Assembly (NCBI RefSeq): GCF_016908315.1
Contig: NZ_JAFBDQ010000005.1
Location: 1 to 64,000 of the forward strand
Direction: 5' to 3'
Length of the DNA: 64,000 bases
From: Halanaerobacter jeridensis
Lineage (GTDB): Bacteria; Bacillota; Halanaerobiia; Halobacteroidales; Halobacteroidaceae
Shown here: one piece after another, positions 26,401 through 36,549 of the stretch
Layout of the letters: the number at the start of each line of letters is the position of its first letter
Position numbering within the stretch: position 1 is the first letter of the stretch
Notes under the pieces: model-generated
Database searches by the model: none
What the model was told of the DNA's origin: nothing
The model's input: the letters and a program-made list of their open reading frames with translations, nothing else
Program-made: the position numbers and the translations under genes

Positions 26401-27192
26401 ACTATTATTACCTTCGTATTTATTCAAACTAGCTGCCATTTTTCTCAAATTGACAATACTTAAATCTAATTCACTATCAGCATGTTGGGAAATTGTTTTT
26501 AACTTTGCTAATTTTATTTTCATATTATCTAAGTCTGTAATTGCTTGTTCATTAATTGAAAGATATTTATTAATTGCCTGCAATTCAGTTAAAATCATCT
26601 CTTTTTTCTCTTTTAATGAGTTAAGTTCATCTCCCATCTCTGCAGTTAACTCATCTTTAGTTTCTAGTAACTCAATTCTTGAATTAATATAATTAAGGTT
26701 AATATCCTCTATCGATTGATAAATATCTTTAACTTGGGCCAAATTATCTAAAATATTATAGTATACTTCTTCTGTGACCCTCATGAATTTTTGATAAGTA
26801 ATTCCGTTTTTATCTAATTTGATATCTAAAATATTCTTAAACTTTTCAAACTTTTCAATCACTCTTAATAATTGATTTAAAGCCAAACGAGCACTTTCCT
26901 GATAATGATTAGTATTTGTCAAATCACTAAATTGAGTCTTTAATTCAGCAATAAAGGAAATTATCTCCTGCTTATAAGAAACATTACCTGTTCGCATTTT
27001 ACTCTCATCTATATCTACTTTTAATTTTTCTTCTTTTTTATATCCATTGCTTAACGACAAATTTAGCACCTCCACTAATAAGGCACCTGCTAAAATCCCC
27101 CATCCAAACTGCTGCAGAGAGTCAACAAACAAAATGATTTCTACGCTCACTACAATTGGAACCAACTTTTGAATAAGCAATTTTTTAATCAA
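26395..27192 (-). CDS. membrane protein with a C-terminal coiled-coil (265 aa)
   Basis: Two N-terminal hydrophobic helices, then a helical region. The architecture reminds me of XpaC/TelA-associated proteins, but I cannot verify this. Confidence 0.45.
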   Translation of the reverse strand: MIKKLLIQKLVPIVVSVEIILFVDSLQQFGWGILAGALLVEVLNLSLSNGYKKEEKLKVDIDESKMRTGNVSYKQEIISFIAELKTQFSDLTNTNHYQESARLALNQLLRVIEKFEKFKNILDIKLDKNGITYQKFMRVTEEVYYNILDNLAQVKDIYQSIEDINLNYINSRIELLETKDELTAEMGDELNSLKEKKEMILTELQAINKYLSINEQAITDLDNMKIKLAKLKTISQHADSELDLSIVNLRKMAASLNKYEGNNSN

Positions 27193-27290
27193 CTTTACTC
27201 CCCTATCTTTTATTACATTATTTTGAAAAATATACTGTTTTTAGAATACCATTTAATATTTTAGATGTCAAGTAATATCTAAGTTACTGC

Positions 27291-27333
27291 AAAAATTCAA
27301 TAACTCCCTGTAATCAATGATTGCAGGGAGTTA
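27291..27333 (-). terminator. intrinsic terminator after the PfkB kinase gene
   Basis: Stem TAACTCCCTG (27301-27310) with CAGGGAGTTA (27324-27333), with a T-rich tail on the minus strand. Confidence 0.6.
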
Positions 27334-27362
27334 CATTAATATTATTATATTGCTGATAAAGG

Positions 27363-28253
27363 CTATTTATAATATTTATTATACTCTTCTTTTAATCTAG
27401 TAGGACTCAATTCTCCAGCAGTCAATTCTTTAGAAGTTACTGCTAATCCAGCAGCAATGGTTCCCAGTTTAGCTCCTTCAGCCCAACTGAAATTATTAAG
27501 ATAACCATATAATAAACCAGCAGTGAAATTATCTCCTGCTCCATTAGTATCTACTACCTCATAATCTAAACTAGATTCTTCTATCCACTCTCCTTTAGCT
27601 GACAAAAGAGTTGAGCCTGCTGCTCCATGAGTGCAGGCGACTAATTCTTTCCCTTCCTCTATCCAACTTTTCATAATTTCTCTATAATTATCAACTTTTT
27701 CAGAACTAAAGATTAATTTATCAGCACACTTGATAAAGGGCTCACAATAATCATCTTGATCATCATAAGAATGTAAATCACACCAAATTTCTGCCTCACA
27801 TTTTTCTATTAACGAAATAAATCTTTTACAATAGGGAGCTATATTTAATAATATGATATCACTATTCTTAATCATTTCTTCTATTCTTGCTTCATCTAAC
27901 TTTATATCGTATGGCGGTGTATGTAAAAAGATTGAAGTTCTTTCGGTATTTTGGTTAGTCATTAAATTAACATGTCGTTCTGTTCCTTCGGGATCAATAT
28001 CATAAATAAAATCAATTCCTTCCTCAATTAAATAATCTTCTACTATTCTTCCGTAACGATCATCTCCAATTACACCATGGAGAGTTAAATCTATTCCTAG
28101 TCTATTTAATGCTAAAGCCTTTCCAGCTCCAGTAGAACCAACTGTTTCATGATAATCTGCTGCTGATAACGAGCTTTGATTAAGAGTTACAGTTTCTCCT
28201 AACTCAACCATAGTATTATAAGAAACTCCACCAAAGACTAATACTTTTTTCAT
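27363..28253 (-). CDS. PfkB-family carbohydrate kinase (296 aa)
   Basis: N-terminal GG motif and the C-terminal signature VVDTNGAGDNFTAGLLYG. Confidence 0.8.
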   Translation of the reverse strand: MKKVLVFGGVSYNTMVELGETVTLNQSSLSAADYHETVGSTGAGKALALNRLGIDLTLHGVIGDDRYGRIVEDYLIEEGIDFIYDIDPEGTERHVNLMTNQNTERTSIFLHTPPYDIKLDEARIEEMIKNSDIILLNIAPYCKRFISLIEKCEAEIWCDLHSYDDQDDYCEPFIKCADKLIFSSEKVDNYREIMKSWIEEGKELVACTHGAAGSTLLSAKGEWIEESSLDYEVVDTNGAGDNFTAGLLYGYLNNFSWAEGAKLGTIAAGLAVTSKELTAGELSPTRLKEEYNKYYK

Positions 28254-28389
28254 TATTATTCTAACTCCTTTCTAAAATAGTTTTCTTACTTATATTATAA
28301 CGAACATTTGTTACTCTAGCGAATAAAATAAGCAATAATTGTTCAAACTATTATTATCCTTACAACTTTATTAAAAAGGAAGTGACCTT

Positions 28390-29434
28390 ATGAACAAAAA
28401 TCAAAAAAATAATTTTAATAAATTTAATTTTACTTTGCGGACTTACTGCTATAATCTTAATTGCTTGTTCTAATCATCAATCACCTAATCATTCTAATAA
28501 AAACAATAATCTCTCTCCTACCCCACAAACACCAGCTAAAATTATTACAGCCCAAAAAGAATATAACTACCAAAAAATGCAGCAGGATATTAAACAACTA
28601 AGCAAACACTACGATTCTCTAGCTCTAAGTTCCTTCGGTAGATCACTAACTAATAAAAAACTATACCTGCTCAAATTAGGTACAGGTCCTAAAAAAATTA
28701 CAGTTGTCGGCGGTGTTCACGGTCGTGAAAGTATCACTTCATTACTGATTCTAAAATTAATTGAAGATCATATCCAAAAAGACAACATTGCTAACTATAA
28801 ATTAGATAATATTTTAAAAGAAATTAGTTTTTATTTTATCCCGATGCTCAATCCCGACGGGATTGAAATAGCTACTCAGGGCCTCACTAATATAAATTTA
28901 AAAAGCAAAGAATTTTATCTGAAAGCTAATGAAGGGAGTAATGACTTTCAACGTTGGAAAGCTAATGGACGAGGTGTTGACCTCAATAAACAATTTCCAG
29001 CTCATTGGGGAGAACTTAAATCAAAAACAGAGCCTCATTTTGCTCATTACAAAGGACCACGCCCTGAAAGCGAGCCGGAAAGTAAAGCTTTAGCAAACCT
29101 CACGCGGCAAGAAGATTTTGCTGCAGTAGTTGCTTTTCACAGTAGTGGGCAGGTCATTTATTGGTACTATAATCAAAGCAAGCAGCAGTACCACCACGAT
29201 TATCAGTTGGCCCAGAAATTAAGCCAAGCTGCCGGTTATAAACTAGTCTCACCACAAGAAAGTGATAAGTACGCAGCTGGATATAAAGACTGGTTTATCA
29301 AAGAATTCAAACGCCCTGGTTTTACTATTGAAATTGGTGAAAAAAATGGGGATAAATCTTTACCCTTTGACAACCTAGAACAATACTGGCACAATACACG
29401 GACTATTTTGCTTACTTTAGCTGCTAATATCTAA
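28390..29434 (+). CDS. M14 zinc carboxypeptidase-family lipoprotein (gamma-D-glutamyl-diamino-acid peptidase-like) with an apparent frameshift in A7 near the start
   Basis: HGRESITS, NPDG and FHSSG zinc and fold motifs lie in the ORF at 28577-29434. The same frame continues upstream through a lipoprotein signal (..ILINLILLCGLTAIILIACSNHQ). The only ATG with a context (28390) is out of frame by one base across the A7 run at 28403-28409. Confidence 0.7.
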
Positions 29435-29732
29435 TAAAAATGTTCGTCTACCCATTTTTATCTTTTTTTAGTTTTTTCTTTTTAAATTTTGAATTTACTC
29501 TTTACTTTTTATTTTTTAATTGTCACTCTTCACTAATTACAACTGGGCACTACCAGTTTCTCATTCTTTAAGAATACTTTGCCCAGGAGCAACTATTTTT
29601 ATTTGACCGCCAGTAGAACACATTAATTTAGAACCTTCCAATAAAGCAGACTGTTGACCAACTTTCACGTTTTCTTTCACCTTAGTCCATGGTGAGGGAA
29701 GACTAGGCGTACAAGAGCTTTCAGTAATTTTG

Positions 29733-29925
29733 CAATGACCTACTTGAAGGGCAAGCCCGTTCAGGTTTCTTCATTCATTGAAACGAGCCTAATCTAAACC
29801 TACCGAAATGGTAAGACAAATCAGGTCTTACAGTTTCTAGACCAGCCAAAAGACTGGTTGAGGCAACTTACAATGCCTCCAGAAGCTTGAATTCCCGTCA
29901 GCCCGACGGTATGTATTATATTTTA
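29733..29925 (-). ncRNA. predicted TnpB omega/right-end RNA scaffold (orphan copy)
   Basis: Near-identity to the segment between the tnpB stop and the right end of the full IS. This is by analogy to the known origin of TnpB guide RNAs in the IS right end. Expression was not assessed. Confidence 0.45.
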
Positions 29926-30087
29926 ACCCTTTTCTAATTTTATAGAGCAGCTTGGTTGTCGCTTACTCTTTATCGTAGGGTTTCATTTTTTTGACTTATA
30001 TTTAGTATATCTTATTTTAGAAATAATATTCAATTATTTCTAAAATGTTGTCATTTAACCCAAAGGCAAGCCCATTAGGGTTTTCTG
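29733..30087 (-). mobile_element. non-autonomous IS200/IS605-derived miniature element (PATE/MITE-like, 355 bp)
   Basis: Bases 29733 to about 29925 are about 95% identical by eye to the right end of the full IS at 44814 to about 45005. The left-end hairpin CCCAAAGGCAAGCCCATTAGGG resembles CCCAAGGGCAAGCCCGTTGGG of the full copy. Both copies are inserted 3' of TTGT on the minus strand. Confidence 0.8.
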
Positions 30088-30906
30088 ACAACTAATGCAA
30101 TAACATTTGCAATTAAATTACCACAGACTTTAGAATTATGTCCTGATACTACTTGTAATTGACTGGGGGTACTTCCAGCGCTACATTTCAGCCTTGCACC
30201 AGAACAGACATACAACTGACCTCCTCCACTAGAACTTCCTTGACTATTACCGCCGCTATTATTTTTGCTCGTCTGACTATAACTTGCTCTATTATTACTG
30301 TTCCTATTAGTTGCTGCACCTTGTTTTCCTTTCTCTTTCTCACTACTGCTACCAACACTAGCAGCAACTTGACCTTGAGCTTTACTTTGTTCTTTGTTTT
30401 GCTGCTTTTTATTTTCTTCTTTTTCTTCCGGAAAGACTATCTTATCGCCTCGGTAAATCCATAAAAAATTATTTTTTATTCGTTTTTCTTCTTTTAAGTA
30501 TTGATTTTCTTTCACTCCTAGTACTGCACCTTTAGTATCTTCTTCTTCCGCACTTTGCTCAAATATCTTTCCTTGCTCTAAATAATAAGGAGCAGGTTTA
30601 TCTAGCCACAAACCATAATCCCCTTCTTTAAAATCATCAATTAAAGCCCAATTTAATTCATTATTCTGATCTAAATATAACATCACTAAGTTACCATCTT
30701 CTTTACGGTATTTATTATCATATTGATCTTTATAATCTATATCTTCTTCCTCTGTTTCTTTAATCCCCGGGCCAATCAAATTGCCATTAATCTTAATTTT
30801 AGTTTTTCTTTTTTCTAAATCAATATTAATTTCACGCTCATCTTTAGCTAGTTTAGTCTTTTGATATTCATTCTTTCCTGTCATTTTACCCCACCCTCAA
30901 ATAATT

Positions 30907-33900
30907 TTAAGCATAACAAATTAGTTTATCCCTTTCTTTACGATTGAATTTAGAATTAGCTCCAGCTATTTCATCAATCCTATTAAGCGGTAATTTAATT
31001 CCATAATCACCGTTCCGAAACTTCTTAATCATTATCTTCCACTGCTGATTCGAACCATATTTAATTACTAAATCATACTTGTCGTCATAACAATTTTGGC
31101 TATACTCACAATATAAAGTGGCCGTTTTATATTTCTTGACTTTAACTTCATAAAAAGTCTTTATTCCATAAGTATTACCATCTGAATTAGCTATTCTTTT
31201 CAGCTTAGGTAACTGCTTAAAATTAAGTTCAGCTAAATTATGCAGTTGTCCAAATAATTTTAGTAGGATCTTGCCGCTGCCGTCTGATTCCATAACGACG
31301 CCGTTAAAACTACTTGTTCCTTCATCTTCTCGTTTGTAAGTTGGAGTTGATTCTCCGTTATAAAATATATATTGGTCTGGTGACTGACCTCGGTTATCTT
31401 GAAACTTGAATTTAGCATGGTTCAGACCGTAGTCTCCATTTTCAAAACCATTAATTAATAAGGCATTGTTATAGTCACCAAAATTAATTACTAAATTGCC
31501 CAGCTCTTTTAGATAAGTAAAAGTGATCTTATCACCATTTAAACAGACATTTTTTTGCGTATCCTTTGCAACTTCAGTCTTACTTAATAAACTAGCTGCA
31601 TCCCTATAGTCCTGCTTTCCAAACTTCAGCAGTATCTTTCCACTGCCGTTACTTTCCTCTTCTACAGTATTATTATGCTGCCAAAAACCGCTGCTGCCTG
31701 CAGTAAATTTATATTCACAGTTACTTCTATCCAGTTGGACTACCAAATTCCGACTGCCGTAGAGGACTGTGGCATAATTAACTACTTCATCTTCAAGATC
31801 GTATCTTCTCCTACTACCGTATAACACATCTTCCGGCACGATAAATTCTAAACCAAAGTCACCATATTGATAGTTATCTATTATGACTTTACCGCCGTAC
31901 TTAGAAAAGTACTGTTTGTTATTGCCAAAACTTGCCCCATAACTATAATTAACTTCTACAGTAGACTCTTCAGGAATATAAGCATAATAAAAGCCGAACT
32001 TATCCGTGAATTCATACTTTAATTTATTCTCTATAAGTTCTACTTCATTTTTAAATTCTAAGTCTTGACCTAATAACTTCTGCTCGCCATTCGGTAGAGC
32101 AATTTTCAATCCATCACCACTAATTTTAGAGTTTTCCTGTTGGCGGTGGGCATAAATCTCATAATACTGCAGTTCTCTGATTCCATCATCAACTATCTCC
32201 GCCTCTAAACTACCTTCTACTCTATGTACACGCGGGAGATAGATGCCATAATCTCCATTCACAAACTCATCTATTCTTGTCCTATTTAACTTTTCTGTCG
32301 TAAATTCAGTCACACCATCTTTAGTTGCGCTTGGCCCGTAATAAGCAATCAGTACGTTTTCTTCTGGTTGACTAAAATTAGGCTGTAAGTGATATTCTAC
32401 TTTAAAATCTTGCTCTGCAAATACTTCTTCATATATTTCAGTGCCATAATACTTATCTTCATCTTCTTTTAGATTATTTAAATACTCCTCTTGAATCTCA
32501 ATTTTCTTTCCTAACTGTACTTCATTAATTATGATATCAGTCTGGGGATCACTGTCTTGATTATAAGTATCTATTTGGCCCATGCCCATCACAAACTCAA
32601 ACGGATCTCTTTGAGACTTACTATTCTCTTCTAGTTTACTGCTGCCAAATAAATTATGCCTATTTGGTGGAGCCGTAATGTTCATTTTTATCTGTTGGGA
32701 AGAATTAGTAATTGGAGTGCTGTGGTAGATTGTTTCTTCCTCCTGCGTTACCCCTGCTGTCCCTAAGAATAACTGCTTGATGTTTCCAGATGATGACCAG
32801 CGCCATAATTTTTTCCTGTCTTGTTCATCTATTTTCTTTAGTTGCGCTAAAATAGCAGTATCTAAGCTATACTCACTATTATTTTCATCAATTACTATTG
32901 TATATTTACATTCATTATAAATAGTTATTAATATTTTTAGCAAAGAAGACTCCTCTATTGTTATCCATTCTTCATTTAAATCCTGGTTAATATTATTTTT
33001 AGTAACTTCATCTAACTTCCGACCTTGCTGTTTAACACTATTAAATAAAGTTGCCTTAGATAATTTAAATAAATTATCTTGAAAAGTTTCTTCAGTCTTC
33101 TTTCTACTAGCTGATTTATATTTTAAATATAACTCTTCTAATTCTTTTAAATCATTACCATCATCAGTTATTTCTAAAATTATATATTTTATTATTGAAC
33201 GCAAATAATCATAACTCAAACTATCTGTTAACTCTCCGATTTCTGCTGTCCCGCCTTTATAATTTTCTGGTTCTCCTATGTTACCTTTCTTTTCTAATAA
33301 TATATAAGGGTAAAATATATTAACACCATGCTGCTTAGCTAATTCTAATTCTTCTCCTCCTATTTCACCTGCCCCATCTTTAAGAGAACCTTCTTCTATT
33401 AAATCCGAATATTTTATTTCGCTATTATCTTTAAATTCTTTATCTACTAAATAGCAGTTACCTACATGCTTAAAAATTGTTCCCGTAATATCATAAGAAT
33501 TAGCATAATTTTGGAGATTTGACTTATCCAATTTTTTATATTTTTCAGCAAAACGTAATTTTCTATTTGCAAGTTCAAATGCTATCTCTTCTAATTCCTC
33601 AGCCTCTTCAATCGGCATAATTAAAGATAAACCAGATTCTTTTATCAAACTATCCTCTATTAATGCTTGTTTATAATCTTTCTGCAGTGCTAATAACTGC
33701 TCAGTAAATTGATCAGTATCACTAATATCTTCAAATTGTTGATAACCCTCACTAAGCAACTCATCTTTTAAGTTGTCAATCTTACCTTGGAGTAAACTTT
33801 TTTTATTTAAATCATTATTCAACTCCATCTGATAAGTAAATTGATTATAATCTCCTGCTTCCATTCTCTCTTCAATTGCTTTGATTTCTTGCTTGAACTT

Positions 33901-35025
33901 TTTTACTTTATCTGCTGCTTCATCAATCATATCTAATCTATGTTTTACTAATTCTCTAATAAATTTAATCCTATCTATTTCCGGAATTCCTGCCTCATTC
34001 TTTTTTACAAATTTAGAATTTATACTAGTTCCTTGAATAATATCTGACTTTTGAATTTCCTGATAGACCCTCTTATCAAGTTCATCTCTTAAGTCTCTTT
34101 CCCCTATTAAAACTTTATTAACTAAAAAGAGCAAAGCATCCTTATAGCCTAAAAACTCATTACCATAGAAATTCTTAAAATGTTTAATTCCAATTCCATT
34201 CCACGTCTTACAATAAACATGATGACCATTCCCTTGAGCCATAACTGCTGCATACTGAGCTAATCCTCCAGCTAAGGAATGTCCAGTGAAAGTGAAAGAG
34301 TAATTCTTATATTCCGAATGATCTTTTAAAATAAGTTTATAAAAATTTTCTGCCTTATCAAATTGCTCACTAGGAATACCAGCAGCAATCAAAGAATTAG
34401 TCATTGTATGATCTCTAGTTTCATTTGTCCCCCGATAAGCAATGATTATTTCTTTATCACCTTCATTTACAAAAGCTGCTGCATAAAATCCATCGCCTGC
34501 ACCTAAATCTCCTTCCAAGAACTTATCTATTTTACTATAAACTAAATCTTCTAATTGATTGACCAACGCCCAATTAGTCAAATTAAAAGAAATTGCCGCT
34601 TTATTTAATTTTGCTAGCACAGGTAACAGAGGTACTTGTTTTATAACTAATGATAATACATCCGGGTCAGTTCCTGCATCGATCATAGGACCTGCTTGAC
34701 CCATTACAAAATTCATAATTACAGATTTTATTTTATAAAATAAATTATTTGGCTCTTCTTTTCTTTCTAAATTATTTTCTCCATCTTTCATTAAAAATTT
34801 CCAATTACTTAATTGATCATAGTTAGTATAATTAACTTCCAATCTATTCTTTCTATATTTGGGATCATCTTTAAATCTATTTTCCGCTGAATTAAAAAAT
34901 ATTTCTTCTATAGTAGAATTTTCATCTCCCCCATCCGCTTTTTTACCATTATAAAAATCTTCATAAACCATATCACTAAAAATCAAACTTAAATAATCAT
35001 TTGCTTTTGGCTTTTTTCCACTCAT
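30907..35025 (-). CDS. large class-3 lipase-domain protein with C-terminal GDYG repeat modules (1372 aa); toxin-like
   Basis: Alpha/beta-hydrolase serine motif FTFTGHSLAGGLAQYAAV, preceded by IIIAYRGTNETRD. No signal peptide. The repeated modules end in FVNGDYGIYL, YQYGDFGLEF, FENGDYGLNH and FRNGDYGIKL. The same module (FKEGDYGLWL) is in the downstream DUF4280 protein. Confidence 0.7.
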   Translation of the reverse strand: MSGKKPKANDYLSLIFSDMVYEDFYNGKKADGGDENSTIEEIFFNSAENRFKDDPKYRKNRLEVNYTNYDQLSNWKFLMKDGENNLERKEEPNNLFYKIKSVIMNFVMGQAGPMIDAGTDPDVLSLVIKQVPLLPVLAKLNKAAISFNLTNWALVNQLEDLVYSKIDKFLEGDLGAGDGFYAAAFVNEGDKEIIIAYRGTNETRDHTMTNSLIAAGIPSEQFDKAENFYKLILKDHSEYKNYSFTFTGHSLAGGLAQYAAVMAQGNGHHVYCKTWNGIGIKHFKNFYGNEFLGYKDALLFLVNKVLIGERDLRDELDKRVYQEIQKSDIIQGTSINSKFVKKNEAGIPEIDRIKFIRELVKHRLDMIDEAADKVKKFKQEIKAIEERMEAGDYNQFTYQMELNNDLNKKSLLQGKIDNLKDELLSEGYQQFEDISDTDQFTEQLLALQKDYKQALIEDSLIKESGLSLIMPIEEAEELEEIAFELANRKLRFAEKYKKLDKSNLQNYANSYDITGTIFKHVGNCYLVDKEFKDNSEIKYSDLIEEGSLKDGAGEIGGEELELAKQHGVNIFYPYILLEKKGNIGEPENYKGGTAEIGELTDSLSYDYLRSIIKYIILEITDDGNDLKELEELYLKYKSASRKKTEETFQDNLFKLSKATLFNSVKQQGRKLDEVTKNNINQDLNEEWITIEESSLLKILITIYNECKYTIVIDENNSEYSLDTAILAQLKKIDEQDRKKLWRWSSSGNIKQLFLGTAGVTQEEETIYHSTPITNSSQQIKMNITAPPNRHNLFGSSKLEENSKSQRDPFEFVMGMGQIDTYNQDSDPQTDIIINEVQLGKKIEIQEEYLNNLKEDEDKYYGTEIYEEVFAEQDFKVEYHLQPNFSQPEENVLIAYYGPSATKDGVTEFTTEKLNRTRIDEFVNGDYGIYLPRVHRVEGSLEAEIVDDGIRELQYYEIYAHRQQENSKISGDGLKIALPNGEQKLLGQDLEFKNEVELIENKLKYEFTDKFGFYYAYIPEESTVEVNYSYGASFGNNKQYFSKYGGKVIIDNYQYGDFGLEFIVPEDVLYGSRRRYDLEDEVVNYATVLYGSRNLVVQLDRSNCEYKFTAGSSGFWQHNNTVEEESNGSGKILLKFGKQDYRDAASLLSKTEVAKDTQKNVCLNGDKITFTYLKELGNLVINFGDYNNALLINGFENGDYGLNHAKFKFQDNRGQSPDQYIFYNGESTPTYKREDEGTSSFNGVVMESDGSGKILLKLFGQLHNLAELNFKQLPKLKRIANSDGNTYGIKTFYEVKVKKYKTATLYCEYSQNCYDDKYDLVIKYGSNQQWKIMIKKFRNGDYGIKLPLNRIDEIAGANSKFNRKERDKLICYA

Positions 35026-35178
35026 TGATCTCCTCCTCTGTAATTAAATAATTATTTCTATAACTATTTTTTATCTCTTCTATTTCTTTTTTATATCCCT
35101 CCCAACCAGTTTTTGAAATGCAATCCTCTTGAATATCACTAACAGAATTGATTTTTTTATAATCTTCACTTCTAATTT

Positions 35179-35934
35179 TTAAGTTATATTTTTTTCTGCC
35201 ATGTATATTCTAGCTCTACTATACTTTGCATGACCATCATAACCATCTTTCATTAAATCTATGTCATTACTAAATACATCTGTCGCATTCAGTAACCAAT
35301 TTACATCTATATCTTTAAATAATTCTCCTCTATATATATAAATATATATGCCTGACCTCTTTAAATCTTGTCCTTCTAGCTTTTCTTTGAGTCGTAAAAC
35401 ACTTCTTAAAAAATTTTCTTTATCTTTTTTTATTACATTTTTAAATATGTGAATATGCGGCAATATATAAGTGTTTTCGTGATCTTCTTCAAATAATTCT
35501 TTTTGGGAAGGAATATGGTCCCAATTTGAATAAGTACCCCCATTAACATAAAAAACTTTTTTTTCATAAGGAAAAAGGTCTTCAATCATATTTTCGTAAT
35601 ATTGATTAATATTGTGCCCTACTCGTCTTCTCCCATATCTATCCCAAACTGAATTACCGTATTTATGACCGCCTGTCCGAGCTTCAAATACAAATTCTTT
35701 ATCATCCACTGGATTACAATAAGCTACATAAACATTTGTCTCACTTATGTATCTCATCTTTTTCATCTCAAATTTTTCATGATAACCACTTTCTAAGTTT
35801 TCTTTTATCCGTTGATATATCTCAGGATAATCTCGCTTAGGATTTCTGGTGACACTTGGTTGAAAACTACAGCCCATAATGCTAATCATTAACAATAATA
35901 AAATCAACATTTTCTTTATTCCATTTACTTTCAC
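35179..35934 (-). CDS. lipoprotein of unknown function (251 aa)
   Basis: Signal peptide with lipobox MKVNGIKKMLILLLLMISIMGC. It lies directly upstream of the lipase-domain gene on the same strand. Confidence 0.6.
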   Translation of the reverse strand: MKVNGIKKMLILLLLMISIMGCSFQPSVTRNPKRDYPEIYQRIKENLESGYHEKFEMKKMRYISETNVYVAYCNPVDDKEFVFEARTGGHKYGNSVWDRYGRRRVGHNINQYYENMIEDLFPYEKKVFYVNGGTYSNWDHIPSQKELFEEDHENTYILPHIHIFKNVIKKDKENFLRSVLRLKEKLEGQDLKRSGIYIYIYRGELFKDIDVNWLLNATDVFSNDIDLMKDGYDGHAKYSRARIYMAEKNIT

Positions 35935-36146
35935 TTTATCACCTCATTACTCCAATTTTTTATCTCCCTTCAATTAACAGCAGACTCTCATTTATTAACG
36001 GATTCCTAAAATTACTGTGAACATGTTTCGCAGTGAATCTAAATTTGCTACCCAAAGAATAGTTCATTAAATTTATTTTACCATTTTATTCTAATCTTTT
36101 CAACTATAGTAAGTCATATATTGAGAGAACTTATGTGAAATAAAAA

Positions 36147-36404
36147 TTATAATTTAATTTTTGTTCCCAACATCTCTAAAAACTTAGCTAACCATTCCGG
36201 ATGAGCCGGCCACGCAGGAGCAGTAACTAAATTATCATCTACATGAGCAGCATCAACATCTTTATCTACCCAACTTCCTTTAGAATTAACAACTTCTGTT
36301 TTTACCGCAGGATAGGCAGTACACTCTTTATTTTCTAATACATTAGCAGCAGCTAATACTTGAATCCCATGACAAATAGCAGCTATCGGTTTATTAGTTT
36401 TCAT
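36147..36404 (-). pseudogene. DJ-1/PfpI-family C-terminal fragment (85 aa)
   Basis: KPIAAICHGIQVLAAANVL contains the nucleophile-elbow Cys-His. The roughly 100 N-terminal residues expected for the family are missing. Confidence 0.6.
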
Positions 36405-36482
36405 AATATGTATTTAAATACCATTCTTTGCATTCCTGCAAAGCTCAATTCTTTATTATTACCTAAATCCTTTGCTTTATAC

Positions 36483-36521
36483 AAAATAAAAATCTCCCGA
36501 GAATAATCTAGGAGATTTTTT
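36483..36521 (-). terminator. hairpin terminator after the Mut7-C gene (T/A runs on both sides)
   Basis: Stem AATCTCC (36491-36497) with GGAGATT (36511-36517). It is flanked by an A-run upstream and a T-run downstream on the plus strand. Confidence 0.55.
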
Positions 36522-36549
36522 AAACTTACTATTTACTTTTTATCTTTTG

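Larger units (their letters stand above)
29561..30884 (-). pseudogene. GDYG-module plus DUF4280 (PAAR-like) protein, interrupted by a miniature IS605-derived element
   Basis: The upstream part (30088-30884) ends ..YVCSGARLKCSAGSTPSQLQVVSGHNSKVCGNLIANVIALVV. The downstream part (29561-29732) reads KITESSCTPSLPSPWTKVKENVKVGQQSALLEGSKLMCSTGGQIKIVAPGQSILKE. Removing 29733-30087 joins the two in frame (797+172 nt = 323 codons). Confidence 0.75.
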
